Source: Neoechinorhynchus agilis
Lineage: Eukaryota > Animalia > Acanthocephala
Assembly: GCA_051530055.1 (NCBI GenBank)
Contig: CM121341.1
Location: 620,001-684,000 of the forward strand
Direction: 5' to 3'
DNA: 64,000 bases
Part shown: positions 36,896 through 48,975 of the stretch, in pieces
Layout: every line of letters starts with the position of its first letter
Position numbering within the stretch: the stretch's first letter is position 1
Program-made: the position numbers and the translations under genes
The notes under the pieces: generated by a model
Database searches by the model: none
What the model saw: only the letters and a program-made list of their open reading frames with translations
What the model was told of the DNA's origin: nothing

Positions 36896-38882
36896 TTAAC
36901 GTGGAATAAATCGAGGATCGATTGCCCTTATGAACATGTAAACGGCTGATCCAAATCGACTCAGTATAGTACTTCTACAGTCTTTGGAGGCAACCAATTG
37001 CCCCTGAGATGGGACTAGCGAACCTTCGCATGGATCTGACAATATTCGCATAGGTAACTGGCTAGTACGCGAATCCAGTATTGATTTTGCCTTATCAACC
37101 AAATCGAAGTCAGTTGTTGAACTTCCGGGTCGTACTAGAGAGGTGCTAAGCACAAGGTATCGATCAATACTACCGTCGTCCACTATATAATTAGCACTAA
37201 GATTCTTTTTTGTAGTCATATTGAGCATTTGTTCAAACCAGCTTATTAGTCGTCTTACGTTCAGCTCGGACCATTTCGTTTTCGCAACAAATATCAGGGC
37301 AATTGCCTCTTGAAGATCAGAAAGGGGAATCGACGTGCGGATAAGACTGTCAAGACGGTCTTGTGACTGATCATCCAAATTTATTGACAATCGATCCAAT
37401 ATTAGCTTGAAAACTGTTGGATATCTTGCAATAGAATCCACTAGATTTCGGTCGGCTTCGTTGTCGTTCTTATTTAACAAATGCTTTGCAATGGCCAGTG
37501 CATATGATAGATTTGGATACGCAAGTGAATGTTTAGTATTATCATAGAGATTGATTATCGATATTGGGTCGCACGACAGGCTGAATTGGTCAATGCATGC
37601 CCGAATGCATAGCGGATCGGATGGATCAAGGCGAATTAACAATTTATAGAAAGCTTATGTGGTACTTTTAGCGGTCCTAAAAAATAAGATTGCGTAGATA
37701 TTCGTTTGACATTCTTGAATTTTTAGCTAAAATACAAAGATAGCAATTTAGTTATCAATGCAAAGTCGATTTACAAATAAAGTATGATTCTACTTTAGCG
37801 AAAAGAAATCCTACCATCGTTCAATTACGAATTACAAAAACGGGAATTAAGCTAACGGAAGCAGATACAGTAGAATATAAATTACAACAAATTGAATTGA
37901 CATAAGTGTATTAATCCTTTTTGATAAAGTCCACAAATGCTTCGCCCTACAAATTTCTGTTGCTGTTCTGCCTTTATTCCGCCATAATAAAAAGTGAGCC
38001 TGAACAAAGAGGCAAACATAAAAGCAGCGATTAGCTCTGACGCCCAAATAAGGAAGCAATTTGATATTGGGATTTAGAGGCCCATTTATGGAAATGTATA
38101 TGAACGTTATTTAGCGCAACCGAACACGTTCATGCACATTCGCTTAAATTGAACATCACATGTCTTCGCTCACAGAATGCCCACAAAAGATGTTCCAAAG
38201 TAGTAGACGCCACTTCGAAATCGGTCATGTATGATTTTACAATGTAGCCAATAAAACTCGCGGGGCATTCGTTGTTAGTAAAATAACCGGATGAACCGCT
38301 TTCTCGGCAGCTTTGTCCCGGTAGATTCGCGATGGCATTGATGTTGTGTTTTCTAACATCAATCTCGGCGTCGATTATTTCGGATGGATAAATGAATCTA
38401 AAAGTTCCATCTTGATTGCGTTCCATTCCGATGCGATTAATCAATTTGCCTAGCGCAATTCGATAATCATTTCGCACTGGGTTAACAAGGATCGTATAAG
38501 TGGATTTAGATAGTCGGTCGAGTTTTGGATTGTAATTGGGGTCAAGATACTTCAATTCAACACGTATTGTTTTAGGCTCCGAGATTCGAATCATCCTCGG
38601 ACTTACAAGATTAACTGGAAAATCCATAGTGCCTTCGCTTGTGGTAGTCTTAGAAGAGCGATTCTTTAACGATTTGCGTTTAATGCCATCGTCCAAATCG
38701 TCAGTTATATTTTCATCCGGGTTATCTTCACTTAAATCCTCAACTTGCAATCCCTTAAAGCGATTCGAAAGGGAAGGAGGACCAATCTCTGTGGCTAAGT
38801 CAACTTCGTAAATGTTATTCAGCAGAAGGTCGTTCACCATACGGCGAGCTTTCCGTTGACTTGGTATTTTCTTTGGAATCAT
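36896..38882 (-). CDS. TCF25: Transcription factor 25 / Rqc1 (ribosome quality control)
   Basis: SNRFKGL; IRVELKYLDP; LEHLLWAF...HVMFNL; YLGVRANRCFYVCLF..AHFL..NKGRTATE; LDPSDPLCIRACIDQFSL...YPNLSYALAIA...YPTVF. Confidence 0.85.
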
Positions 38883-39574
38883 TTTGGAAGGTCACTTTCT
38901 TCTAAAAATTAGGCCTGAAGGCTTCAACATTAAATTAAGACTACTTTCTGTACGAATGACCAAATGTACGGCTAAATCAAAAGTTCTTGATTATCCCGCT
39001 TTTTTAATTCACCTCTCTCGCAGGTAAATAAGTTGTTCTTTGGTTTTTAATAAAAATAGTAACTGTTTTATTAATTCCCAATATTTCGTCCGTCTCTTGT
39101 CGGACTCCTTAGGTTGTTAAAGTGTTTAATTCGCCGGACGAAATATTTTTGAATAAATAGAAGTCTCTATTTTTAAGAAACCAAAGATCACATAAATAAA
39201 GGTGGTGAGAAAGGTGCATTAAAAAACACTTAATGAACATCATACCCAGAAATGCGGAATAATCAAGAAACTCTACAAGCAGCCAACCTACAACTGCTTT
39301 CGTGAAACGTCGATGATGACAGGTTTGTGAAAGTCTGTAGGTAGGCATCTAGATGGACAGTAAATCAGGCTAATTAAAAGTCATCGAAGATCACAATAAC
39401 GCTGTTTTTCATTTTATTCGATTTTTTTTTACTTTTAAATAATTTTCGATAATGCAAATGAATATCAAAGCGACGAAGGAAGATTGCTCTTAGCATGAAC
39501 AACAATCTAGCGGAAAACTGAATAACGTACAATATTTCTCATTAATAATGAAAGAGAGCATCCATCGATTGGAA

Positions 39575-39675
39575 GGCGTCCAAGATTGTGCTTCCGAAAA
39601 CAATCGGATTTAAACAAAACTCCATCAATTTTTCCGCCATATAAAAAAGGCCATGAACAATTCAATCTTCAAACC
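39575..39675. mobile_element. Partial hairpin MITE copy
   Basis: aagattgtgcttccgaaaacaatcggatttaaacaaaactccatcaatttttccgccatat...ttcaatcttcaaac. Confidence 0.7.
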
Positions 39676-40457
39676 CTAAGGCTCAGATTTTTGCTCGTTA
39701 TTTTTCGGTTTTATAAAACCTAAGTTGAATCATATTCATTTCCGATAAACACAAAATCAATTACTAAAAAGTTAAATACGACGAGCAGGAGGAAATACAA
39801 AACCTTAAAGGATAGTGAACGGCGTTATTTTCGTCTTAATTTTAACAATCGGAGGTATAATGCCACGCAAAAATCATTTTTTAGAGACACGGTCTACTTT
39901 GTTTCGGTTACGAAAAGGAGCCTTTTAGCAATATTGCGCGATTCGGCGATTCCCGTTACAAAATTTTAAATTAGCGATTACTAAACACTTTTCGTGACTC
40001 TGCCATTAAAAATCGTTAACAAAATTGGATTCAGAAAATGATGAACGAAGAAAACAACGGTCGCACAATGGAAACAAAGAAGGAAAATAGTCAAAAAAAG
40101 CGGAATTTCAATGTCGAACAATCAATGACGATAATCCTACTCATGGGATTCTTCTGTATTTATACTAAGTTCAACTCGACATATAAATTCTGTTTTAATA
40201 TAGAAATTGTTTTATTATTACTTCACAGTTGAGTCGACGCCTCCATTTATGGCGTGGGCTTATCGATGAAAAGGTAGTAATAAATCAATTTCTATATCAT
40301 CAAACAAAATAAATTCGCGAACTTCTTTACAATTCTGTACTATTGACTGTTTTAGTGTCATTCTCGCAAAAGTGGAATGCGTTCAATGTGTTTGCGATTT
40401 CATTAAGATCTTACCAAGAACAACGATGAAAATTGAAGGTTCCAGTATGGAATTTAC

Positions 40458-41740
40458 GTGACGCTCCGGTCGAGCTTTAACTGCTGGTACCTGGATAATA
40501 CAACGCTCGAAGGTAACCCCTCTGTTGTACTGCGCGATTTGGAGACACTCGTGAAGGAGTCGACGAAAATTGGCATTGAATTGAATGCTGCGAAATGCGA
40601 GATTTTAGTGATGAACGTGGACAATGAGGCGTCCAGGCAAACTACCGTGAAAGATTTTCAGAACCTGACACCGGGGATAGAATCGATCACTCTAGACCGG
40701 TTGAGTCTTCTAGGAAACTGTATTTTTGGTTCAATGTCAAAGCAGAGATTACAAATCTTAAACCGCAACATTTGGTGCTGTGCGAACGAGTTGATGAATT
40801 ATCTTCACACGAAGCTCTGATCCTCATCAACAACGCCCTCTTCATTCCAAAATTGCTGTATAAGCTGCGCACAGCGCCTTTTTAGACATAAGGATAAGCT
40901 GGCAAAATTAGACAGGAAAGTGAAAGCCTCTCTCGAGAAAATTCTAAATACTCAGCTGCCGGATGAGGCCTGGCGTCAAACGTCCTTGCCTCTGTCGTCC
41001 GGGGGTTTGGGCATCCGAAAAGCAGACTATATTTCTCTGCCAGCTTATTTGTGCTCGTATGAAGCAGCCGCAAAACAGTTCATTCTTTTCTTGGAGAGGA
41101 TTACGTTTTAGATGAAGATTTCGTAAAGGCTCTTAATCTTCGGTGTGGAGGTTCAGACAGCGAGCAGGTCCCCGTCAATGGTTGCAAACAATCTGTTTGG
41201 GACTCAACCCTGCTAGCGAGAATTCATAACTCTTCAATTTCAGATTTTCGTAACCTAGTGAACCAAACTCCATTGGTAGCAGTCTCTACATGCGAATCGG
41301 GTACTTGGCACAGTGCTACCCCATGCAGTGTCCCTGAGACAAGGGATACCAATGTGTACATTCCATCGTTGCCGTTGCGGAGCGACCGTGGAACCGTCGG
41401 GATGCCATTGTCTCGCCTGCCGCGAATCAGGCGGAAGCTACTCAAGGCACGCCGAAGTGAACGCAATTCTTAGACCTGCTCTGAATACTGGTCAATGCGT
41501 CCAACGTCCTAGAGTCGAACAATCTTTGCCGACTCGATGGTTGTAGACGGGACGGTGTCAGTATTCCAGTGGCGAGAAGGAAAGTGCCTTCTCTGGGACG
41601 CTATTCGCAGCCAGCAACATAAAATTCGCCACTATTAAATTAGGGGGAGCAGCAACCCCCGCAGAGGACCGCCAAAAGACAAAATACCGGGACCTAAATC
41701 GAAATCATTATTTCGTTCCCTTTGGCGTCGAGGTACCGGG
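40458..41740 (+). mobile_element. Degenerate CRE-clade retrotransposon fragment (RT C-terminus + RLE)
   Basis: FNCWYLDNTTLEGNPSVVLRDL; LPLSSGGLGIRK; CRCGATVEPSGCHCLACRESGGSYSRHAEVN; FVPFGVE; colinear with 49421-51457. Confidence 0.85.
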
Positions 41741-42035
41741 GTGCGGGACCAGACCAACCATGTGTCGAAGCGGCTTTGACGAATCACTGAAAATTCGATA
41801 TCAGGAGCATTCCTCCTCCGAAAAACACATAATTACCATCTTCGTTGACGCTTTCTCACAAGCCCGATTCATTTTGCTTTCTAAAATTTAAGCCAATTAC
41901 GAACGGAATACTGAACCATTTGCATTATTCCGGATATTGTTTAATGAGGAACGAGTTAGCAATAAAAATTAGGAGAGTTGCTTAAAAAGGATCATATGAT
42001 CATTGGTGAAAACTTGCTTAAGTTCATGCGAATAT

Positions 42036-42116
42036 GACGAGGTGGCCGAGCGGTTAAGGCGTTAGACTGCTAATCTAATGGGTTATCCCGCGTGGGTTCG
42101 AATCCCACCCTCGTCG
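42036..42116 (+). tRNA. tRNA-Ser (GCT)
   Basis: Complete cloverleaf: GACGAGG/CCTCGTC acceptor, TTAGA-CTGCTAA-TCTAA anticodon arm, long variable arm, GTGGG-TTCGAAT-CCCAC T arm. Confidence 0.97.
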
Positions 42117-42672
42117 AAATTCATCCCTATCGATACGCATCTTTTTCCCGCCTCCAAGATTTCAACAACGATCACCCGCGATAGCATATAGAAACATGGG
42201 TTATCCCGCGCAGGTTCGAATCTTACCCTCGTCAATACGCATCGTTCCTTTTTCCTCTTCAAGATCCCAACAAAGATCACCCGCGATGGCATATTCGCTT
42301 TCTTAATTTTCTTAGAGGACGTTTGTTTCCGTCGCTCTACATTTTCCAACGTTTCTCGCCATTGAGACAATTGATGCCATCGGACCAAGAATAGCATAAT
42401 TTTCTATAAAAGTTAAAAAGTGGTTGGTCGCAACGACAAAACTGTTTTTATCAAATGTTGGATGTATTCTCTAGGCAATGGAAGTTAAGGATGTTTCGCC
42501 GTTCGAAACTTTTATAAATTATCGGCGGCGATGCCTCTTCTTCGTGGACTATGGGGATTGCTGAAACATTTTGTTGTTGTGTGTGTAACAAAAAGTGTAA
42601 TAAAATCTCATCTAAAAACTATAATGGAAATTTATTTGCTTAGTTTGCACCATTTCACAAAGAAGCATTTGT

Positions 42673-44206
42673 TCATGTCGCGATTCTTTTAAAGAATTCA
42701 AAGTAAACGAACATGTTATGAAGAAGAGTCAAAGAGCGACCGAATAGCTCATTTGTGTTCAACAAATGTGACCGATAATCGACGGAGTACTCGGAGCACG
42801 CATGGCATTTACATTCTACTGGATTTGGCATTGTGAGTGGACGCTCATAGTACATTTGATTGTCGTAATCGATGAACATTAATCGATTATGCGTTGTTAG
42901 AACGTATGGATAACAGCCACTGAACATTGTAATTCGGGGAAAGAGTCTCGTTACATCCAATGGAGAGCAAGGTGTAAGGAGAATACGTTGTTGATTTCTC
43001 GGATTCGATCGCATCGATGAAACTAATTCCAGTCTCATCTCTACTTTTTTGTCGAAACAATCCTGGTTGCCTACTCGTTCAAAAAGATTATAGACACTGA
43101 TGCTTTTAGTCGGAAAATCAGCATTCTACAATTTACGGGTTTTAATCATTGAGAGAAAATAATTTGTGGTGAAACAGTTTGAATTGTGGTGATGATAGTC
43201 CCCAGGATAAAACTATTTTACTGCATTGAAATATTTCGAAAGAGGAAGCCTCATTTCATTGTTAATTTCTGGAAAATGGAGATCCCTAAATGTGAAATTA
43301 AACACGGAAAAGATCTCAACATAGTTCATTCAATTAAGAAAATTCTCGTAAAATGCACCCATTCATGTGAATTAAGGTTAATTCGTTTTAGCTTCCGTCT
43401 TCAAAATGGCAAGAAACGTTTAGCATTTTAACTGCTTAAAAAGATATACGCTGAAGGATATCCATCAACCGATATTCACAACCGAGACCGTGATCGCTTC
43501 CAATGCACGGCGGACAATGCTCGATGGACAATTTGAATTAAAGGAAGAATACTCAGATGATGTGGATATAGCCATTTTTACAACACATCGAACAAAAATA
43601 CTACCCGCCGAAGTGTTCAAAATGGGTGATTTGGATGTAGTAATAGATTCGGCCCTTGTCTGGGGCTTTAATTTCATGTTGGGGGGGGAAGGATAAGCAT
43701 CGATAAAATAACGAAAATATCAGCGTTTCACTCGTGTTAAATTGCCAACAATCCACTTGGTTTAAATATTCAAATATTACCGTTTCACTTGTAATTTCCA
43801 TGGCTTCCTCGTCATTAAGCACAGAATAAACGCTTCCGTCGACGATCCGTTCTTCTTTCTTCGGATAATACGATTGATAGTAGTGCGGATTGTGCATTTG
43901 AATGAACGAATTGAACGAACTGGCTCCGATTCGTCTCATTCCACTTCGGCAATAAAGAGGAAAACCGAAATTGGTTATTTGAGCCTTTCTCCAATCTAAG
44001 GCTGCATCGCGAACGGTAACAAAATACTTATAATTTTCGAACCCGGACAATTTCTTCATATTCCATATTGATCTCAGTGGCACTTCCTTCACACTGGGAG
44101 CATGTTTGAGATATCGATGAACGGTTTTATCCGTGAGATAAGGACACAATCCCGCTGGTGCGTACAGAAAAGTGTCCGGTGAACGATTTGACGGTAGTCG
44201 AGGCAT
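42673..44206 (-). CDS. QTRT2: Queuine tRNA-ribosyltransferase accessory subunit 2
   Basis: PDTFLYAPAGLCPYLT; FVTVRDA; LYCRSGMRRIGASSF...NPHYYQS; C-terminal ECKCHACSEYSVDYRSHLLNTNELFGRSLTLLHNMFVYFEFF. Middle exons not resolved. Confidence 0.85.
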
Positions 44207-44404
44207 TTTATATAGTTTTTAATAACAGTTTTTGATTTCTTGTTTTTCGGAAAGAATATCACGGATACGTCTAAGGTTCTTCATTATTTTAAAATGAAAG
44301 TAGTGCAAATCCTGTTTTGCTAATAGAAACGTTCTTTAGCCCTTAAGTGGAGCTGCATTTTGTCTTCAAATGGTCGAAAATAATATAGTTTTTGTCATTA
44401 TTTT

Positions 44405-47400
44405 GATGTTTGTTTATAACGGCTCAAAATTGAAGGAATTTTCGTTAAATTCGATTGAGTAAGGCACGATATTGTAGCTCCGAAATATCGGATTTAACCG
44501 AAATTCATTCAATTTTTCCGCCATAAACAAACTCTCAAGTTTATATTGCTTTTCTTGAATTAAAGATTAAACAACGGTGTTTTTGGTTTGTAGGCATTTT
44601 GGTTAAATCCGATTAATAAAGGCACGATATTGTGGCTTCGAAATATCGGATTTTACCAAAATTAATTTAATTTTTCCGCAATAAACAAACTCTCAAGTTT
44701 TATTGTTTTCTTGATAAAATTAAACAACGTCTTTTTGTTGAAGGAATTTTGGTTAAATCGATTAAAAAGGCACGATATTGTGCTCCGAAATATCGGATTT
44801 AACCGAAATTCATTCAATTTTTCCGCCATAAACAAACTCTCAAGTTTATATTGCTTTTCTTGAATTAAAGATTAAACAACGGTGTTTTTGGTTTGTAGGC
44901 ATTTTGGTTAAATCCGATTAATAAAGGCACGATATTGTGGCTTCGAAATATCGGATTTTACCAAAATTAATTTAATTTTTCCGCAATAAACAAACTCTCA
45001 AGTTTTTATTGTTTTTCTTGATCTAAACATTAAACAACCGTCTTTTTGGTTTGAAGGAATTTTGGTTAAATCAGATTAATAAAGGCACGATATTGTGGCT
45101 TCGAAATATCGGATTTTACCAAAATTCATTTAATTTTTCCGCCATAAACAAACTCTCAAGTTTTAATTGTTTTTCTTGAATTAAAGATTAAACAACGGTC
45201 TTTTTGCCTTGAAGGAATTTTGGTTAAATCCGATTAATAAAGGCACGATATTGTGGCTCCGAAATATCGGATTTAACCGAAATTCATTCAATTTTTCCGC
45301 CATAAACAAACTCTCAAGTTTATATTGCTTTTCTTGAATTAAAGATTAAACAACGGTCTTTTTGCCTTGAAGGAATTTTGGTTAAATCCGATTAATAAAG
45401 GCACGATATTGTGGCTTCGAAATATCGGATTTTACCAAAATTAATTTAATTTTTCCGCAATAAACAAACTCTCAAGTTTATATTGCTTTTCTTGAATTAA
45501 AGATTAAACAACGGTCTTTTTGCCTTGAAGGAATTTTGGTTAAATCCGATTAATAAAGGCACGATATTGTGGCTTCGAAATATCGGATTTTACCAAAATT
45601 AATTTAATTTTTCCGCAATGAACAAACTCTCAAGTTTATATTGCTTTTCTTGAATTAAAGATTAAACAACCGTCTTTTTGGTTTGAAGGAATTTTCGTTA
45701 AATTCGATTGAGTAAGGCACGATATTGTAGCTCCGAAATATCGGATTTAACCGAAATTAATTTAATTTTTCCGCAATAAACAAACTCTCAAGTTTTAATT
45801 GTTTTTCTTGAATTAAAGATTAAACAACGGTCTTTTTGGTTTGAAGGCATTTTGGTTAAATCCGATTAATAAAGGCACGATATTGTGGCTTCGAAATATC
45901 GGATTTAACCGAAATTCATTCAATTTTTCCGCAATAAACAAACTCTCAAGTTTTTATTGTTTTTCTTGATCTAAACATTAAACAACCGTCTTTTTGGTTT
46001 GAAGGAATTTTGGTTAAATCAGATTAATAAAGGCACGATATTGTGGCTTCGAAATATCGGATTTTACCAAAATTCATTTAATTTTTCCGCCATAAACAAA
46101 CTCTCAAGTTTTAATTGTTTTTCTTGAATTAAAGATTAAACAACGGTCTTTTTGCCTTGAAGGAATTTTGGTTAAATCCGATTAATAAAGGCACGATATT
46201 GTGGCTCCGAAATATCGGATTTAACCGAAATTCATTCAATTTTTCCGCCATAAACAAACTCTCAAGTTTTAAATGTTTTTCTTGAATTAAAGATTAAACA
46301 ACGGTCTTTTTGCCTTGAAGGAATTTTGGTTAAATCCGATTAATAAAGGCACGATATTGTGGCTCCGAAATATCGGATTTAACCGAAATTCATTCAATTT
46401 TTCCGCCATAAACAAACTCTCAAGTTTTAAATGTTTTTCTTGAATTAAAGATTAAACAACGGTCTTTTTGCCTTGAAGGAATTTTGGTTAAATCCGATTA
46501 ATAAAGGCACGATATTGTGGCTTCGAAATATCGGATTTTACCAAAATTAATTTAATTTTTCCGCAATGAACAAACTCTCAAGTTTTTATTGTTTTTCTTG
46601 ATCTAAACATTAAACAACCGTCTTTTTGGTTTGAAGGAATTTTGGTTAAATCCGATTAATAAAGGCACGATATTGTAGCTTAAAAATATCGGATTTTACC
46701 AAAATTAATTTAAATTTTCCGCCATAAACAAATTCTCAAGTTTATATTGTTTTTCTTGAATTAAAGATTAAACAACGGTCTTTTTGCCTTGAAGGAATTT
46801 TGGTTAAATCCGATTAATAAAGGCACGATATTGTGGCTTAAAAATATCGGATTTTACCAAAATTAATTTAATTTTTCCGCCATAAATAAACTCTCAAGTT
46901 TTAATTGTTTTTCTTGACCTAAAGATTAAACAACGGTGTTTTTGGTTTGTAGGCATTTTGGTTAAATCCGATTAATATAGGCACGATATTGTGGCTTCGA
47001 AATATCGGATTTTACTAAATTCATTTAATTTTTCCGCCATAAACAAACTTTCAAGTTTTTATTGTTTTTCTTGAATTAGAGATTAAACAACGGTCTTTTT
47101 GCTTTGAAGGAATTTTGGTTAAATTCGATTAATAAAGGCACGATATTGTGGCTTAAAAATATCGGATTTAACCGAAATTAATTTAATTTTTCCGCCATAA
47201 ACAAACTCTCAAGTTTTTATTGTTTTTCTTGACCTAAACATTAAACAACGGTCTTTTTGGAATGAAGGCATTTTGGTTAAATCCGATAAATAAAGGCACG
47301 ATATTGTGGCTTCGAAATATCGGATTTTACTAAAATTCATTTAATTTTTCCGCCATAAACAAACTTTCAAGTTTTTGTTGTTTTACTTGACCTATACATT

Positions 47401-47418
47401 AAGCCACGGTCTTTTTGA
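44405..47418. repeat. Satellite array, ~158-bp unit, about 19 copies, MITE-derived
   Basis: gaaggaattt recurs at 45211 and 45369 (158 bp apart). Each unit has an internal palindrome ggttaaatccgatt...atcggatttaacc. Confidence 0.97.
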
Positions 47419-47774
47419 TATTTGAGAAAAAAATTATTTATACATCTAAATTTCTACATCGAAAAACAGTTTCTGGAATCAGTGGTACAATTTAAAATGG
47501 CCGAAACCTTAAATTTCCTTCAGAACCAATGACATTTTGAAATGAACGAGTCTTTAGGCCAAAATGAGTAGCGCGCGTCGTGTGACTTCGGCATGACAAT
47601 AGGCGCTTTTTGTTCCAAGCATTGAGGAGTGAGAATTTCTCACTTGAGTAAGGGCCGCGAAATGGTTAACTCCTTTCCAAAAGAAATTTCGTATCACCCA
47701 CAAAAATTTAAGTTTTTCACGCGTTGATGGTGCCTATTATTTTTTAGATTCCTAAACTTTCATTAACTTTTTAA

Positions 47775-48610
47775 ATGTTTGGAATATTAATACCGCACTC
47801 ATTTGTAAGTATTTTTGAGTATTCATTTTTTTATTCATCTTTTTTCATTTATAGCCACTGACTCAGTTTGAGAGAATCAATGATAACAAATTTGTCATCA
47901 AGGTCCCAGCAAATATCAATAACATCGCTGTTTTTATGACCGGACAATCTCTACTTAATCCCGGATTCTCCGCTGGAGGTATTTTATTTGCTATGTTGGT
48001 GAATATACGACACTGTCTAGTTCATTTCTCTTGGCCTTCAAACGATGGTCAACAATGGGCGTATCTGGGATGTATAACCAACGAAAAGCCATGCAAGTTT
48101 TTTCAACTTTCGAATTTGAGCGGTCAGTTACAATTCTTCGATTAGTTGGACTCGGTGTAGAATCATAACGAATCACAAACAAAAATAATAAAAAATTGTC
48201 TTCCCCGGTGAACAACTTTATTTTCGGTATAAGCGTTTTCGTATTTGTAAAGGCGTAATTGTAAAATTTAAAATAGAAAGACAAAAATTGTTTAAAAGTA
48301 ATTTATAATTCCTTAGTTCGCTCATTAAGGAATCTCATCGGTTCCACCGACATTTGCGCAAAGTTCAACGTTGTCAAATTACATGATTGGAATATCTATC
48401 GAGCGTGAAGAAGTTCTTGGTCACCAATCTCCTGTGGAAATCGAGAGACGAAATCCGGACACGACTGCTAACATTGCACGAAGATTGGCGGAGAATCTAT
48501 ACCATCACATATTGTCATTCGGTTCCGAACAAGGAGCCCTCATAACGAGTGCGGGACTTAAAAGGTGGTATGACGGTATTTTAATGAAAATAAAATCAGG
48601 TTCATTGTGA
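47775..48610 (+). CDS. HIKESHI: Hikeshi (Hsp70 nuclear import carrier / OPI10 family), four exons
   Basis: MFGILIP...KFVI...INNIAVFMTGQ...GFSAG-VHFSWP...WAYLGCITNEKP...IGISIE...LAENLYHHILSF...LKRWY; phase-compatible GT-AG introns. Confidence 0.92.
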
Positions 48611-48975
48611 TCGAGCTTAATGAACACGAAAAATTTACACCGATTCATCGTAGTACTTGACGCTTCATATATTATATCGTAAACTAGCGTGGACAAATAT
48701 TTAAAAGTTTTGGTATTGACTATTGATAACTTTTTTGTTTTTCTTAACGTGAAATTTGCGGATACCTGGAGTGTGCCATGTATAATGGATCCCTCAATGC
48801 CAACCAACGATATCTAATCAAAAACTAGTTCGGTAATTACAGTCATTGGTTATCTTCGAATAAAATAGTACCGAATTGATTAGCTTTTTCGTTTTTAATT
48901 AGAAGGCAATTTTTTAGTAAACACTGTTGGAATTTTGTTCGTTGTGTAACTAAAATTTAACATTCGTATCGCACA

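Noticed and set aside
38900-40450. Short ORFs and splice-like signals upstream of TCF25
   Set aside because: Could not be assembled into a supported gene.
44405-47418. Spliced-leader or snRNA gene array (AATTTTGG resembles an Sm site)
   Set aside because: No consistent exon/GT donor or SL structure. The unit is explained by the hairpin MITE.
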